DNA of 34,270 nt, taken from positions 12,090,846-12,125,115 of the forward strand of contig NC_057753.1 of the NCBI RefSeq assembly GCF_004010195.1, read 5' to 3'. Numbering within the stretch: position 1 is the stretch's first letter; each line of letters begins with the position of its first letter. The notes below the pieces were generated by a model. It had not been told where the DNA came from. It ran no database searches and saw only the letters and a program-made list of their open reading frames with translations. This stretch comes from Chiloscyllium plagiosum (lineage: Eukaryota). Below are positions 32,506 to 34,270 of this stretch, in pieces. The translations under genes were made by a program, and so were the position numbers.

Positions 32506-33345
32506 CTGTGAAATTTTACAGGACAGGAGGCCATCAGCTCATCATGTCTGTACTGGCACGCGAAAGAGCTACCCAGCTCCTCCCACTCTCCAGCCCTATC
32601 TCTGTAACCCTCTGAATTTGGCATTTTCAAATGTTTATCCAGCTCTTTCGAAACCTTCAATAGAACTCGCCAGCACCACTCTCCCAAGCAACGCACCGAA
32701 AATCCTAGCAACTCTCTCGGGAAAGAGGTTTCCCCTCATCTCACTCTTGGCTGTCTTCGCTGACGAAAGGGAAATCGTGAACCTCCTGCCCCCACTAGTT
32801 ACTGACATACCAACTGGAGTCATACAGCACGGAAAAACACAACCTTGAGACAAATCAGTCCATGCTGGCTATACTCCCAAAATAAACTAGCCCATACTTG
32901 TAATCTTCCCTGTGTTCACTCACACTATGATCTTTGTATGTTATGATCTGCCTGTACTGCACCCAAAACAAAACTTCTCACTATACTTAGGTATATGTGA
33001 CAAGAACAGATCAACTCAAACTCAATATTCCTCCAAACATTTCTGATTCATGTACTGATCCAAATGTCTTTGAAACATTATAACTCTGATTGTAGAATTC
33101 CTCCAGTGTGGAAACAGGCATCCACCACTTCCTCTGGAAAGTCACTCCACACACTAACCACCCGCAGTGCAAATCAAAATGCCCCATGTCTTTACCAAAA
33201 TCTTGCTCCTCTCACCTTAAAAATATGCTCTCGAGGTTTAAAATGCCCCACCCAAGGGAAAAGACACCTGCCGTTCACCTTGCCTATGCCGCTCCTGATT
33301 TTATTAATAGAATATAGAAATTATATTCTATTTATAAAATCTAGA

Positions 33346-33637
33346 GTGACACGGTGGCTCAGTGGTTAGCACTGCTGCCTCACAGCACCAGGCACCCAGG
33401 TTCAATTCCTGCCTCGGGCAACTGTCTGTGTGGAGTTTGCATGTTCTCCCCGTGTCCGTGTGGGTTTGCTCTGGTTTCCTCTCACAGCCACAAAGATATT
33501 CAGGTTAGGTGAATTGGCCATGCTATAGTGTTAGGGGGTAAATGTAGGGGAATGTGTCTGGGTGGGTTGCTCTTCGGAGGGTCGGTGTGGACTTGTTGGG
33601 CCGAAGAGCCTGTTTCCACACTGTAGGGAATCTAATT
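33346..33637 (+). mobile_element. Full-length HE1-like V-SINE
   Basis: cacggtggctcagtggttagcactgctgcctcacagc..ggttcaattcc, V-domain, tail gcctgtttccacactgtagggaatctaa. Confidence 0.9.
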
Positions 33638-33744
33638 ATAGAAACGATACATCCTTCAAAACTCTGTCAAAATTCTGAACACAGCAGTTCCGGCACCACT
33701 CTAATCTAGACTCTGGTTTCCAGCATCTGCAGTCATTGTTTTTA

Positions 33745-33999
33745 CAACATTCTGAACACACCAGTGAGGTCATCTTTTCATCTCTGCTGCAATTTCTGTT
33801 TCTCTAATCCTGCCCTGTATCTGAAACTCTCCCGTTCCCACTGTCACTGCTGGTCAATCTCCTGTGCAGATCAACATTCTGAAACACCAGTGAGGTCATC
33901 TTTTCATCTCTGCTGCAATTTCTGTTTCTCTAATCCTGCCCTGTATCTGAAACTCTCCCGTTCCCACTGTCACTGCTGGTCAATCTCCTGTGCAGATCA
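33745..33999. repeat. Tandem duplication, 2 x ~127 bp, near identical
   Basis: Units start at 33745 and 33872 and differ by a 1-nt indel. Confidence 0.92.
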
Positions 34000-34194
34000 G
34001 GAAAGTAGGGGGCGGGGGGGGGGGGGGGTGGGGGGGGGAAGATGTTTAAGAAGGAAATTGGAGGGAAAGTTAGAACAAGGGAAGTCAAGAAAGACAACTG
34101 TATCATTTCTGTATCAATGAAGCAGAAATCTCAAAAAGGGATCATGTTGTAAGATTGAGTGAAATAGGAGTTGATGGGAAGGGTGAGGGCAGTA

Positions 34195-34270
34195 ACAAAT
34201 TAAAAATACTATATATGAATGCACGAAGCATTAGAAATAAGATGGATGAGCTTGAGGCTCTTTTGGAAAT
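34195..34270 (+). mobile_element. Start of a CR1 ORF2 endonuclease domain (continues past window end)
   Basis: LYMNARSIRNKMDELEALLE. Confidence 0.75.

Noticed and set aside
33764..34120. Cys/His-rich 118-aa repeat ORF
   Set aside because: Product of the 127-bp tandem duplication with a non-ATG start; no metal-binding consensus

Overview
Eukaryotic, repeat-dense genomic DNA, most likely from a shark. This is inferred from HE1/V-SINE-like SINEs, CR1 LINEs with an esterase ORF1, and Penelope-like elements (PLEs). The window is part of a tandem C2H2 zinc-finger gene cluster, all on the + strand: three open arrays with no effector domain visible in the coding exon (ZNF-A 6 fingers at 3262-3795; ZNF-C 10 fingers at 17298-18233; ZNF-D 8 fingers at 27808-28656), one frameshifted ZNF pseudogene (ZNF-B, ~4749-5330), and a CpG-island promoter (~8200-8740). 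Main observations: (1) a decayed Gypsy LTR element (18208-23226, TSD CCATC/CCATT) split ZNF-C inside finger 11, supplies its stop codon, and left the old C-terminal fingers and 3' UTR stranded 5 kb downstream; (2) about a dozen short PLE-terminal fragments from three families, many carrying minimal hammerhead-ribozyme motifs and several arranged as fold-back inverted repeats next to ZNF exons; (3) a three-level TE nest (V-SINE > near full-length CR1 > TA-flanked Tigger/pogo-like MITE); (4) several perfect de novo palindromes and a 101-bp inverted duplication of a ZNF splice acceptor. I found no wholly new protein system. Repeat family names are from motif recognition, not database searches, and repeat boundaries are approximate unless a TSD or TIR is quoted.
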